Assembly: GCA_017610005.1 (NCBI GenBank)
Contig: JAFCCU010000001.1
Location: 144,371 to 208,370, forward strand
Direction of reading: 5' to 3'
Length of the DNA stretch: 64,000 nt
From: Candidatus Woesearchaeota archaeon
GTDB taxonomy: Archaea > Nanobdellota > Nanobdellia > Woesearchaeales > B29-G15
The translations under genes and the position numbers were made by a program. Below are positions 19,680-29,026 of the stretch, piece after piece (positions within the stretch are counted from its first letter, which is position 1; each line of letters starts with the position of its first letter). The notes under the pieces were generated by a model. That model was not told the origin of the DNA. It did no database searches and saw only the letters and a list, made by a program, of their open reading frames with translations.

Positions 19680-20297
19680 GTGAATAACATGGCTGGATTA
19701 AAAAAATATGAAAATATGGTGGACGCTGCTAAAGCACAAGCAAAATTAAGAGATTATACAGAAGAAATGCAGTGGCGTGCGCAAGAAGGTATTTCAAGTT
19801 CTATTGGTGTAGATAAATCTATTACTTTAAAAGACTTAAAGAAAGGCGGAAAAGAAGTTCAATTTAAAATTTATGAAGCAGCCAGAGGTGCAGCAGAAGA
19901 ATCCCTTTCAGCCCAATTTAAGGATTTAACAGGAGATATCTCATTATTTGCTGGACACATTTTATCTTCAGCTGGTTATGGTCAAGATGCATGGGAGAGA
20001 TACTTGCCTACTGACGGGCCAATTTCAAAAGGGGATATCTTGCAAGGACAAGTTTACGCAAATCAAAGTGGAGATGGAATGGTTAGATCATTTGCTATTG
20101 ATAATATGTCAAGTTCAGGAGTTGATTCAACATTGGTGGAATGGCAACAAAGCAATCCAAATTTTGAGTTTACAAAGCCTTTAGCAGAACTACCTGAGGT
20201 TGAAAAAAGAAAGATCGCAGGTGACATTGCACGGCAAAAAACAGGAAACCTTGAAACTACAATTACTTCAAGCATCTTAAGGGAAAAAACTAACTAA
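19680..20297 (+). CDS. Hypothetical soluble protein (205 aa) flanked by inverted heptamer arrays
   Basis: Strong SD (GAGGTGA) 7 nt upstream and a TATA-like CTTTATAAAT about 55 nt upstream. No TM segment or signal peptide. Followed by two tandem hairpin/T-tract modules. Confidence 0.55.
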   Translation: MNNMAGLKKYENMVDAAKAQAKLRDYTEEMQWRAQEGISSSIGVDKSITLKDLKKGGKEVQFKIYEAARGAAEESLSAQFKDLTGDISLFAGHILSSAGYGQDAWERYLPTDGPISKGDILQGQVYANQSGDGMVRSFAIDNMSSSGVDSTLVEWQQSNPNFEFTKPLAELPEVEKRKIAGDIARQKTGNLETTITSSILREKTN

Positions 20298-20304
20298 TTT
20301 TTTT

Positions 20305-20434
20305 AACCGATGAATTCTTTAATTCATCCCCCCAGTTGTCGGAAGGACCACCCTCCTTTCGACTTTTTAATCGATGAGTTCTTACGAATTCATCCCCCAG
20401 CTGCCGGAAAGGGGCGCCTTTCCGGCACTTTTTT
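20305..20434 (+). terminator. Tandem duplicated structured module of about 65 nt x2. Each copy is a GATGAATTC...GAATTCATC palindrome plus a GC-rich hairpin and a T-tract.
   Basis: Unit 1 is cgatgaattctttaattcatccccccagttgtcggaaggaccaccctcctttcgacttttt. Unit 2 is cgatgagttcttacgaattcatcccccagctgccggaaaggggcgcctttccggcactttttt. Stems base-pair as shown. Confidence 0.45.
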
Positions 20435-20454
20435 CTAATCAACTTATAAATCCT

Positions 20455-20503
20455 CAGACTTCAGACTTCAGACTTCAGACTTCAGACTTCAGACTTCAGA
20501 CTA
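20455..20503 (-). repeat. Heptamer tandem array (CAGACTT)x7, the reverse complement of AAGTCTG
   Basis: Seven perfect copies read directly. Confidence 0.85.
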
Positions 20504-20543
20504 TTAGTAACCTTTAAATAAGAATTCTGGTTAAAAATAAGTT

Positions 20544-22439
20544 ATGGCAAAGAAAATTAGTATAAAATACAATGGGAAGAGTCACAGTTTCAGTGCGGGA
20601 GTGTCTGCATTGGATGTGATGGAGAAATTAAAACTGGACAAAAAAAGTGTGTTGGCTGTGCAGGTAGGTACTGAGACACTCGAAACTACTAAGCCAATAT
20701 TAAATTCTGGAGAACTTATGCTTCTAACATTCAATGATGCTTTAGGAAAAGAAATATTCTGGCATTCTTCTGCTCACGTACTTGCAGATGCAATAGTTAG
20801 ATTATATCCAAATGCCAAACCAACAATTGGCCCCCCAATAGAAGAAGGGTTTTATTATGATTTTGATAATTTAAAGATTTCTAATGAAGATTTTCCTAAG
20901 ATTGAAAAAGAAATGAAGAAGATTATTCACGAGAATAATAAGTTTCTTAGAGCTGAAATAAAAAAAGCAGAAGCAAAGAAATTATTTAAAAATAACAAGT
21001 TCAAGCTTGAAATGGTTGAGGATTTAGATGATATTTCTACATATACAACCGGCAAGTTTGTTGATTTATGTAGAGGCCCACATATTCCTAGCACAAAGGT
21101 AATTCACGCTATAAAACTGACTAAGCTTTCAGGTGCTTATTGGAGAGCTGACGCAAAAAAAGCTCAATTGACTAGGATATATGGGATTGCTTTCCCTACT
21201 AAAGAATTATTAACAGAATATAATGTTAGAATTGTTGAAGCTGAACGAAGAGATCATCGGAAATTAGGTGCAAAAATGGATTTATTTTCGTTTCAGGACG
21301 AAGGGCCTGGATTTGTATTCTGGCATGCAAAAGGGATGATTATTTACAATTCTTTAATGGAATTTTGGAGAGAAGAGCATAGGCTTGCAGGCTATGAGAT
21401 GGTCATGACTCCAATTATTCTAAAAAAGGAATTGTGGCTTAAGTCTGGGCATTGGGACCATTATAAGGAGAATATGTACTTTACAAAAATAGATAATGAT
21501 GATTATGCAATTAAACCCATGAATTGCCCTGGAGGAATCTTAATCTACAAGAATAGTAAACATAGTTATAGGGAATTTCCTTTGCGTTGGGCAGAAGTAG
21601 GCCTTGATCATAGGCATGAGATGTCAGGAGTATTACATGGATTAATGCGTGTAAGATCTTTTTGGCAAGATGATGCCCATATTTACTGCCTTCCAGAACA
21701 AATGGAAGATGAAATTATCAAGGTTGTTGAGTTAACTGATAAAATTTACAAGGCCTTTGGTTTTGAATACCATATTGAACTTTCAACAAGACCTGAAAAA
21801 TTCATGGGTAAAAAAGAAGATTGGGATCTAGCAGAAGCAACTCTTGCTGGGGCACTTAAAAAACTTAAGAAAAAGTTTGTTGTAAATCATGGCGATGGGG
21901 CTTTTTATGGACCTAAAATTGACTTCCATATTAGAGATTCTTTGGGAAGAACATGGCAATGTGCAACAGTTCAACTTGACTTCCAAATGCCTGAGAAATT
22001 CGATTTAACTTATATGGGAGATGATGGTACTGAAAATCATAGGCCTGCAATGATTCATAGGACTGTTTTTGGTTCATTTGAGCGATTTATTGGTATTTTA
22101 ATTGAGCATTTTGCAGGTAAATTACCTCTTTGGTGTGCTCCCAACCAGGTTAGAATCTTAACAATAGCTGAGAAATTCAATGATTATGCATATAAGGTAC
22201 GTCAACAGCTCTTTGATGCCCATATTCGTGTAGAAGTTGATGAGTCTGGCAATACAATTGGGAAAAAAATCCGTGAAGCTCAACTGGATAAGGTCAATTA
22301 TATGCTTGTTATTGGCGAAAAAGAAGTTGATTCTAATACAATTGCAATAAGGGATAGGACAGGTAAACAGAAGTTTGGCGTAAAAACTAGTACTTTTGTT
22401 AAGAAATTAAATAAAGAAATAAAAGAAAAAGAGTTTTAG
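20544..22439 (+). CDS. thrS: Threonyl-tRNA synthetase
   Basis: TGS N-terminal domain, class II core (HRKLG, FVFWH), C-terminal anticodon-binding domain; 631 aa. Confidence 0.9.
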   Translation: MAKKISIKYNGKSHSFSAGVSALDVMEKLKLDKKSVLAVQVGTETLETTKPILNSGELMLLTFNDALGKEIFWHSSAHVLADAIVRLYPNAKPTIGPPIEEGFYYDFDNLKISNEDFPKIEKEMKKIIHENNKFLRAEIKKAEAKKLFKNNKFKLEMVEDLDDISTYTTGKFVDLCRGPHIPSTKVIHAIKLTKLSGAYWRADAKKAQLTRIYGIAFPTKELLTEYNVRIVEAERRDHRKLGAKMDLFSFQDEGPGFVFWHAKGMIIYNSLMEFWREEHRLAGYEMVMTPIILKKELWLKSGHWDHYKENMYFTKIDNDDYAIKPMNCPGGILIYKNSKHSYREFPLRWAEVGLDHRHEMSGVLHGLMRVRSFWQDDAHIYCLPEQMEDEIIKVVELTDKIYKAFGFEYHIELSTRPEKFMGKKEDWDLAEATLAGALKKLKKKFVVNHGDGAFYGPKIDFHIRDSLGRTWQCATVQLDFQMPEKFDLTYMGDDGTENHRPAMIHRTVFGSFERFIGILIEHFAGKLPLWCAPNQVRILTIAEKFNDYAYKVRQQLFDAHIRVEVDESGNTIGKKIREAQLDKVNYMLVIGEKEVDSNTIAIRDRTGKQKFGVKTSTFVKKLNKEIKEKEF

Positions 22440-22476
22440 ACAAACTTTTTAAATCCCTAGCTATTGAGAAGTAAAA

Positions 22477-23817
22477 ATGGTACTTGAAAAGCTCGGGAGT
22501 TCACTTCGTGGCACTCTAGATAAAATTGGCAAGGCATTATTTGTAGATAAAAAGCTGATTAATGAGCTAATAAAAGATATTCAAAAGGCACTTATTGAGG
22601 CTGACGTCAATATTCAACTTGTGCTCGATCTTTCTGAAAATATCCGAAAAAGGATGATTGAAGAGGAAATTCCTTCTACTGTCACCAAAAGAGATTATCT
22701 TGTAAAAGTAGTTTATGAAGAATTAATATCCTTAATGGGTAAAGAAGAAAAAACTCTTGAAATCAAAAAAAAGCCAACAAAATTGATGCTTGTTGGTTTA
22801 TTTGGGTCAGGAAAGACAACTACTGCAGGAAAATTAGCCAGTTATTACAAAACAAGAGGGCACAGAGTCGCTGTTATGCAGACTGATACATGGAGGCCCG
22901 CGGCATATGAACAACTTGAGCAACTTGCTAAAAAGATTGGAGTTGATTTTTTTGGTGTAAAAAACGAGAAAAATCCAGAAAAAATTTACAATGCTTTTAA
23001 AGATAAATTAAAGAAATATGATTTAGTAATAGTAGATACTGCAGGAAGAGATGCATTGTCCGGTGAATTAGTTAAAGAAATTGAAAGTTTAGCAAAAATA
23101 GTTGAGCCTGATGAACGTTTTTTAGTAATTTCTTCAGATATTGGTCAAACTGCACAAATTCAAGCTGAACAATTCCATAAGAGTTGTCATATAACTGGGG
23201 TTATTGCCACAAAAATGGATGGTACTGCCAAGGCAGGGGGAGCATTAACTGCATGTGCTGCTACAGGCACTCCCTTGATTTTTATAGGGGTTGGTGAAAA
23301 AATTAAGGATCTTGAGCAATTTAGGCCTAAAAATTTTGTTGGAAGATTGCTTGGTATGGGAGATTTAACTGCATTGCTTGAAAAAACTGAAGAAGCAATA
23401 TCTGCTGAAGATGCAGAAGATATGGGAAAAAGGCTATTAAAAGGAGAATTTAATTTAATTGACCTTTATGAACAAATGTCTGCATTAAAAAAAATGGGTC
23501 CATTAAGTAAGGTTATGGATATGATTCCTGGAATGTCTAAAATGAAACTTCCTGAAGGGGTGCTTGACTCTCAAGAAGGCCAATTAAAAAAATGGAAGTT
23601 TATTATGGATTCTATGACCCAAGAAGAACTAGAAGATCCTAGTTTAATGAACAATCAAAGGGTTGAAAGAATTGCAGAAGGCTCTGGGAGGGGTTCTGCT
23701 GAAATTCGTCAATTAATTAAGCAATATAAAAAATCTAAGAAAATGATGAAAATGTTTAAAGGAGGTAATACTAATAATAAAAAGCTCCAGCAAATGATGA
23801 AGCAATTCTCAAAATAA
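22477..23817 (+). CDS. srp54: Signal recognition particle protein SRP54
   Basis: NG domain with GLFGSGKTTT, DTAGR and TKMDG motifs; Met-rich M domain at the C-terminus. Confidence 0.9.
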   Translation: MVLEKLGSSLRGTLDKIGKALFVDKKLINELIKDIQKALIEADVNIQLVLDLSENIRKRMIEEEIPSTVTKRDYLVKVVYEELISLMGKEEKTLEIKKKPTKLMLVGLFGSGKTTTAGKLASYYKTRGHRVAVMQTDTWRPAAYEQLEQLAKKIGVDFFGVKNEKNPEKIYNAFKDKLKKYDLVIVDTAGRDALSGELVKEIESLAKIVEPDERFLVISSDIGQTAQIQAEQFHKSCHITGVIATKMDGTAKAGGALTACAATGTPLIFIGVGEKIKDLEQFRPKNFVGRLLGMGDLTALLEKTEEAISAEDAEDMGKRLLKGEFNLIDLYEQMSALKKMGPLSKVMDMIPGMSKMKLPEGVLDSQEGQLKKWKFIMDSMTQEELEDPSLMNNQRVERIAEGSGRGSAEIRQLIKQYKKSKKMMKMFKGGNTNNKKLQQMMKQFSK

Positions 23818-23938
23818 ACTCTTTATAATTAAACCTAATATAAATCCAATTACTATTCCGAGAAAAAAATCAATTCTCAGAATAAACTCTTTATAATTAA
23901 ACCTATTATAAATCCAATAACAAGTCCTAGCAAAAAAT
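23803..23938. repeat. Tandem duplication of 68 nt x2 (about 80% identity) spanning the srp54 stop and the 3' end of the convergent gene
   Basis: Copy 1 is 23803-23870; copy 2 is 23871-23938. Each starts caattctca[a/g]aataaactctttataattaaacct... The reverse complement of copy 1 encodes a near-identical ...GFILGLIIKSLF* tail out of frame. Confidence 0.7.
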
Positions 23939-24287
23939 CAACAAATTCTCCTTTAAGTTCTTTTGGACTTGCAAAGTTTCCGACAACATTTTCTACAGGT
24001 TGTTGTGTCACTTTTGGAGCAAGTTCATTGATTCTGTGATGAACTAGTCTATAAGCTTTGTCCGCCCTATTAGCTCTAATAAGCCTATCAGAAAGAACAC
24101 TGTCGCCTACGGCACCTTTTACCCAGGAAGCAAAGTCATTTCTTGATTCAGTTACATGATGTTTGTAAATATCTGCACCCATTCCTTTTAGAACTTCTTC
24201 AAGTTCAAACAAGTTTTTTAGAACTCTTCCATCACAAATCGTAAAATTCTCATCAGGATTAACATCTCTAAGTTCCATCATAATCAC
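23877..24287 (-). CDS. Hypothetical protein with a C-terminal TM anchor; N-terminal domain paralogous to the adjacent gene
   Basis: 136 aa. Shared N-terminal pattern ...HV...NDFAxWV.... C-terminal hydrophobic FLLGLVIGFIIGLIIKSLF. Confidence 0.5.
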   Translation of the reverse strand: MIMMELRDVNPDENFTICDGRVLKNLFELEEVLKGMGADIYKHHVTESRNDFASWVKGAVGDSVLSDRLIRANRADKAYRLVHHRINELAPKVTQQPVENVVGNFASPKELKGEFVDFLLGLVIGFIIGLIIKSLF

Positions 24288-24634
24288 CTTTTTTTATGCG
24301 CAAGAGTATCATGCACACTTAAGCCTACTTTACTTGTGAAGGCCTTATCACACTTTTTACATTTAAACTTTTTAATACTTTTGGTGGTTTTTTTAGCTAA
24401 TAACCTTTTTAAAACAATAACTTGAGATTCAAGCTTATTGGTAGTTGTTTTTAGTTCATCAGCTAGTTTTTTTTGCTTAAACACATGTTCTACCCATAGG
24501 GCAAAGTCATTTTTTTGAGCATTAACGTGTAATTTAAACACATGATTTGGAATTTCATCTAGTTTCATCCCAAATTCTTTTACACTTTTTAATACCCCCC
24601 CATCTTCAAGGTAGAAATATTTCTCGTTTTTCAT
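24284..24634 (-). CDS. Hypothetical protein with the same N-terminal domain plus a C-terminal C2H2 zinc finger
   Basis: CKKCDKAFTSKVGLSVHDTLAH is a canonical C2H2 finger. 116 aa. Translationally coupled to neighbours by 4-nt overlaps. Confidence 0.55.
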   Translation of the reverse strand: MKNEKYFYLEDGGVLKSVKEFGMKLDEIPNHVFKLHVNAQKNDFALWVEHVFKQKKLADELKTTTNKLESQVIVLKRLLAKKTTKSIKKFKCKKCDKAFTSKVGLSVHDTLAHKKR

Positions 24635-25860
24635 TTTACACCCCTAATCTTAATTTCTTCAAATCCTTTAATTTTCTTTTTTGTAATCTTTTCTACTCGT
24701 AAAATAATATCATTAATAATGTTCATAAAGTTAATGAATGCATCATATGGATTCTCATAAGGATTAAAGTATTTGTGAACATCCCCGTCATTAAACCATT
24801 TTGTGCACATATAGTAAAAATGATCGCTTGTTTGCATTTTCCGCCAATCTTCAATAAGTTGATCATCTTTTGTTTCCAAAATTCCCTTTTCCAGATCATA
24901 AAGAGATTTTACAGCTGATTTTTGAATATCATTTCCAACCCATGCAGTTAAATCTCTTTCAACGTCTGCCCAAGAAATAATCTTAGGACAATCAAATTCA
25001 CCTTTACTATCAATTTTTTCAATTGCTTCACTAGGAGTTATGAAATCATTATCAGGATGTTTTAAAATACTAGCAGGTAGATTTTCAAGGAATTTAAAAA
25101 TGCCTGTATGCTCCCATTGATGTTCCCCAAAGGTTTCAAAATCCATAAATAAATTAATGATTTCACCATTTCCATTTATTTTATCAACCCACGTTGTGAA
25201 TTTTTTTATAGTTAATGGATATTCTTTCCAGTCTTTATTAGAAAATCTAAACGCGATATCATCACTTAGTCTATAATTTTTTAATAATAATTTTAAGTCA
25301 CTTCTTGGAGGATTATAAATAAAATTAGGTGACCTCCAACCTAGAATTTTATCGGCTCCTTCAGCCATTGCCCCCATAAAACCAAGTTCCCTTATTTGTT
25401 CACCAAGTTTATTGGAGTAAATTAATTCAGTATTTCTAAAAACTTTTGGAATGACTCCAAATTCTTTTTCAATTAATTTTTTATGCTTTTCAACTTGTAA
25501 TTTAAATTCATTATTGGAGTAAACCGAACTTAATGAATGGTAATATGTTTCAGAAATAAACTCTACATTACCAGTTTTTGCAAGGTCTTTAAAACTTTCT
25601 AGTACTTCTGGAGCCCATTTTTTAAATTGTTCAATAACCACTCCAGATAAAGAAAAGCTAATCTTAAACTCAGGATGTTTTTCAATTAATTTTTTTAAGA
25701 GCTTTGTAGTAGGTAAATAACATTTTTTTGCCACTTTTTGCAACACTTCCATATTACCTTTATCATCAAAATAATTATGAAAATTCCCTATATTAAAAAT
25801 ACCATATTTACGTAACCTAAATGGTTGATGAACTTGAAAATAAAAACAAATAGAAACCAT
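24631..25860 (-). CDS. Glycoside hydrolase family 57 protein (alpha-amylase/glucanotransferase-like)
   Basis: N-terminal ICFYFQVHQPFRL is the GH57 signature start. 409 aa. Lies in the glycogen gene cluster. Confidence 0.7.
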   Translation of the reverse strand: MVSICFYFQVHQPFRLRKYGIFNIGNFHNYFDDKGNMEVLQKVAKKCYLPTTKLLKKLIEKHPEFKISFSLSGVVIEQFKKWAPEVLESFKDLAKTGNVEFISETYYHSLSSVYSNNEFKLQVEKHKKLIEKEFGVIPKVFRNTELIYSNKLGEQIRELGFMGAMAEGADKILGWRSPNFIYNPPRSDLKLLLKNYRLSDDIAFRFSNKDWKEYPLTIKKFTTWVDKINGNGEIINLFMDFETFGEHQWEHTGIFKFLENLPASILKHPDNDFITPSEAIEKIDSKGEFDCPKIISWADVERDLTAWVGNDIQKSAVKSLYDLEKGILETKDDQLIEDWRKMQTSDHFYYMCTKWFNDGDVHKYFNPYENPYDAFINFMNIINDIILRVEKITKKKIKGFEEIKIRGVK

Positions 25861-25862
25861 TT

Positions 25863-27125
25863 TTAAATTACCCTCTTATAAGTTTTAATACACTCTCCAG
25901 CCGAATCATCCCAACTCATTCTCATAATCTCATCAAATCCTTTTTCAGATAAGGTTTTATGAAGGGGTGAGTAATTCAAAACACCCATTATTTTATTAAC
26001 CATCTCATCTATATCCCAAAAATCAACTTTTAGGGCGTGTGTTACAACTTCAGAAACACCTGATTGTTTAGAAATTATACATGGGGTGCCGTTCTTCATA
26101 GCTTCTAAGGGAGTTATCCCGAAAGGCTCAGAAACACTTGGCATTACATAAACATCTGCCATTTTAAAAGCAGTGTCCACCTCTTTTCCCCGTAAAAATC
26201 CTGAAAAGATAACCTTATTTGAAAGTCCAAGTGCAGCAGTTTTTTCTACCATCCTAGGAATCATATCACCTGATCCTGCAACAATAAACTTAACATTAGG
26301 ATCCATTTCACTAATTTTTTTAGCAGCTTCAAGAAAGTACCCGGGTCCCTTTTGAATGGTTACCCTTCCCAAAAAAAGGACAATTTTATCTTCAACTGCT
26401 AATTTTGGTGGTCTAACGTCCTCTTCATTATTTGACCCTTCTTCCATATTTACGGCATTATAAACAACATCAATTTTTTCGGGGGCAATTCCGTAATGTT
26501 TAACAACAATTTGTTTTGTTAAATTAGAAACTGCAATTATCCTGTCTGCTTTTTCAAAACATTCCCTTTCGATAGCATAAATTTCGGGATTGGGGTTTCC
26601 CCCAGTTCGGTCAAATTCAGTTGCATGGATTTGAAATACGAGAGGTTTTCCAGTTGCTTCTTTAGCTTTAATGCCTGCCTTACCTGTCATCCAATCATGA
26701 GCGTGAATTACATCAAACCTTGTTTTTTTTGCAATCTCCCCCCCAAGCAAAGCATACTTCTCAACCTCAGCCCATAAATTGTCTCCATAATTGGGCATCC
26801 CACTATTTTCAGAAGGTTGTAAATTTTTAAATCCTTCATCATTTAGGTAAGGGACCAATCTGGAGGGTATTTTTATCTCGGAAATATGTGATGTTAGAAA
26901 TTTTTCAGAAGTTACAAGCTCAACAAATTCTCCATTGATATCATAAGGGGCTTTTGGGATTACAAATTTTATTTCTACACCTAAATTAGAAAGTCCTTTA
27001 GTAAGTCCGTAGCAAGCAGTACCCAAACCTCCACTTTTAAAAGGTGGGAATTCCCATCCAAACATTAATACTTTCAAAGTTGTTTTCTCCCCTTTTTTTG
27101 TCAAAAAAATATTATAAATATTCAA
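25863..27125 (-). CDS. glgA: Archaeal-type glycogen synthase (GT5/GT4 fold, GlgA-like)
   Basis: N-terminal VLMFGWEFPPFKSGGLGTACYGL resembles the KxGGL motif of GT5 glycogen/starch synthases. C-terminal GT-B domain with E...E motif. 420 aa. Confidence 0.65.
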   Translation of the reverse strand: MNIYNIFLTKKGEKTTLKVLMFGWEFPPFKSGGLGTACYGLTKGLSNLGVEIKFVIPKAPYDINGEFVELVTSEKFLTSHISEIKIPSRLVPYLNDEGFKNLQPSENSGMPNYGDNLWAEVEKYALLGGEIAKKTRFDVIHAHDWMTGKAGIKAKEATGKPLVFQIHATEFDRTGGNPNPEIYAIERECFEKADRIIAVSNLTKQIVVKHYGIAPEKIDVVYNAVNMEEGSNNEEDVRPPKLAVEDKIVLFLGRVTIQKGPGYFLEAAKKISEMDPNVKFIVAGSGDMIPRMVEKTAALGLSNKVIFSGFLRGKEVDTAFKMADVYVMPSVSEPFGITPLEAMKNGTPCIISKQSGVSEVVTHALKVDFWDIDEMVNKIMGVLNYSPLHKTLSEKGFDEIMRMSWDDSAGECIKTYKRVI

Positions 27126-27256
27126 AGGTTCTATTCTCTTTTTAAACTTTCCTATTATATTTGTATTACCTTATACATCAACTTTATACATCAACTTTCA
27201 ATATTAACTTAATAGTAGTGTGAAAGTTATTTAAATAAATCAATATAGGTTTTAAT

Positions 27257-29026
27257 ATGGAAAAGAGTGCGATATTTGAAACATCTTGGGAAGTTTGCAA
27301 TAAGGTAGGGGGGATTTACACTGTTCTAAAAAGTAAAGCTGCCCACATGAAATCCATGTTTAAAGAAAACTTCTTTTTGGTTGGACCTTATTTTCCACAA
27401 GGAAAACAAGCTGCTTTTGAAGAAAAGTTACCTCCAGAGGATATTAAATTAGTTTTTGATGAGCTAAGACACGAGGGTATTTTGTGCCACTTTGGAAAAT
27501 GGTTAATTCCTTCATCACCTAATGTTATTTTAGTTGATTACTCTGGTTATTCACATAAAAATAATGAAATTAAAAAAGATTTTTACGAAAAATTTGGTAT
27601 TGATTCTTTAGGTTCAACTTACCATGATTATGATGAACCTATTGTTTGGAGTACAGCTGTTGGGAGGATGGTAGAAGTTTATGCAAATTCTCACAAAGAA
27701 GATCATGTGATAGTGCATTGTCATGAATGGTTAGCTTCTGGAGCAGGTTTGTACCATAAGGGAAAGGATTCGCGAGTGAAAGTTGTTTTTACAACCCATG
27801 CAACCATGCTTGGTAGAACCTTAGCTTCTGTTGAACACGATTTTTATAATAAACTAGAAACTTATAACCCCTTGGAAGAAGCAAAAAGATTAGGTGTTCA
27901 TACTAAACATCAAACTGAGGTAGCTATTGCAAAAACTTGTGATGTTTTTACAACTGTTTCTGAATTAACAGGGGATGAAGCAAAATTCTTCCTTGGACGA
28001 GTACCTGATGTTATTTTACCTAATGGGCTAGATTTAAGAGATTTTCCTACATTTGAAGAAATATCAATAAAACATAAATTGTTCAAACGAAATATACTTG
28101 AGTTTGTTCAATATGCCTTATTTCCCTATTACACATTTAACCTTGATGATACAATAATCATGTTTACGGCAGCAAGGTACGAGTTTAGGGGGAAAGGACT
28201 TGATGTGTATATCAAAGCCTTAAAACAGCTTGATTTAGCACTAACAAAAAATTTTAAGGGAAAAACAGTGGTTAATTTTTTCTTTGTTCCTACAGGTTCT
28301 GCGCATGGTATTGATCCGGAAATACTTGAAAATAAAACTTTTTTTGAAGATATTAGAGAAAGTATTGTTTCTTCAATGCCAAAGGTTCAAGATAGGTTGC
28401 TCTACAGGACTTTAGCTAATAAAAAAATAATTAAATCTGATTTATTTGATGATAATACCTTAAGAGAACTTAAAAGAAAGATTAATAGGTTTCAAAAAGC
28501 TGGATCACCTAAACTTTGTTCACATATAATAAACGAAGATAACGATGCCATCCTAAAAGGATTTAAACAGGCAGGTTTAACAAACTCAGCAGAAAATGCT
28601 GTTAAGGTTTTCCTTTATCCCATTTACTTAACTGGTGCCGATGGACTGTTAGATATGGATTACTATCAGTGCATACAAGCTTGCCAATTTGGGATATTCC
28701 CTTCTTTTTATGAACCTTGGGGTTACACTCCGGTTGAAGCTGCTGCCCTAGGTGATGTAACCTTAACTACAGACTTATCTGGATTTGGGAGGTTTGTTTT
28801 AAGCCACTATCCAAAAAAAGCAAATCAAGGTATCCATGTTTTGCCACGGGGCAAGGCAACCGATGACGAATTTGCTGAAATTTTATCAAAAAGACTTTAT
28901 GAGTTTGCAGCGTATTCTAAAGATGAAAGAATAAATCAAAAAATGGAAGCAAAAAGATTTAGTAATAAATTTGACTGGGAACATTTGATAGTTTACTATC
29001 AAAAAGCCTATGAGATGACAAGATGA
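27257..29026 (+). CDS. Eukaryote-like glycogen synthase (GT3 family)
   Basis: N-terminal FETSWEVCNKVGGIYTVLKSKA matches the GT3 glycogen synthase signature (FEVAWEVANKVGGIYTV). 589 aa. Confidence 0.7.
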   Translation: MEKSAIFETSWEVCNKVGGIYTVLKSKAAHMKSMFKENFFLVGPYFPQGKQAAFEEKLPPEDIKLVFDELRHEGILCHFGKWLIPSSPNVILVDYSGYSHKNNEIKKDFYEKFGIDSLGSTYHDYDEPIVWSTAVGRMVEVYANSHKEDHVIVHCHEWLASGAGLYHKGKDSRVKVVFTTHATMLGRTLASVEHDFYNKLETYNPLEEAKRLGVHTKHQTEVAIAKTCDVFTTVSELTGDEAKFFLGRVPDVILPNGLDLRDFPTFEEISIKHKLFKRNILEFVQYALFPYYTFNLDDTIIMFTAARYEFRGKGLDVYIKALKQLDLALTKNFKGKTVVNFFFVPTGSAHGIDPEILENKTFFEDIRESIVSSMPKVQDRLLYRTLANKKIIKSDLFDDNTLRELKRKINRFQKAGSPKLCSHIINEDNDAILKGFKQAGLTNSAENAVKVFLYPIYLTGADGLLDMDYYQCIQACQFGIFPSFYEPWGYTPVEAAALGDVTLTTDLSGFGRFVLSHYPKKANQGIHVLPRGKATDDEFAEILSKRLYEFAAYSKDERINQKMEAKRFSNKFDWEHLIVYYQKAYEMTR

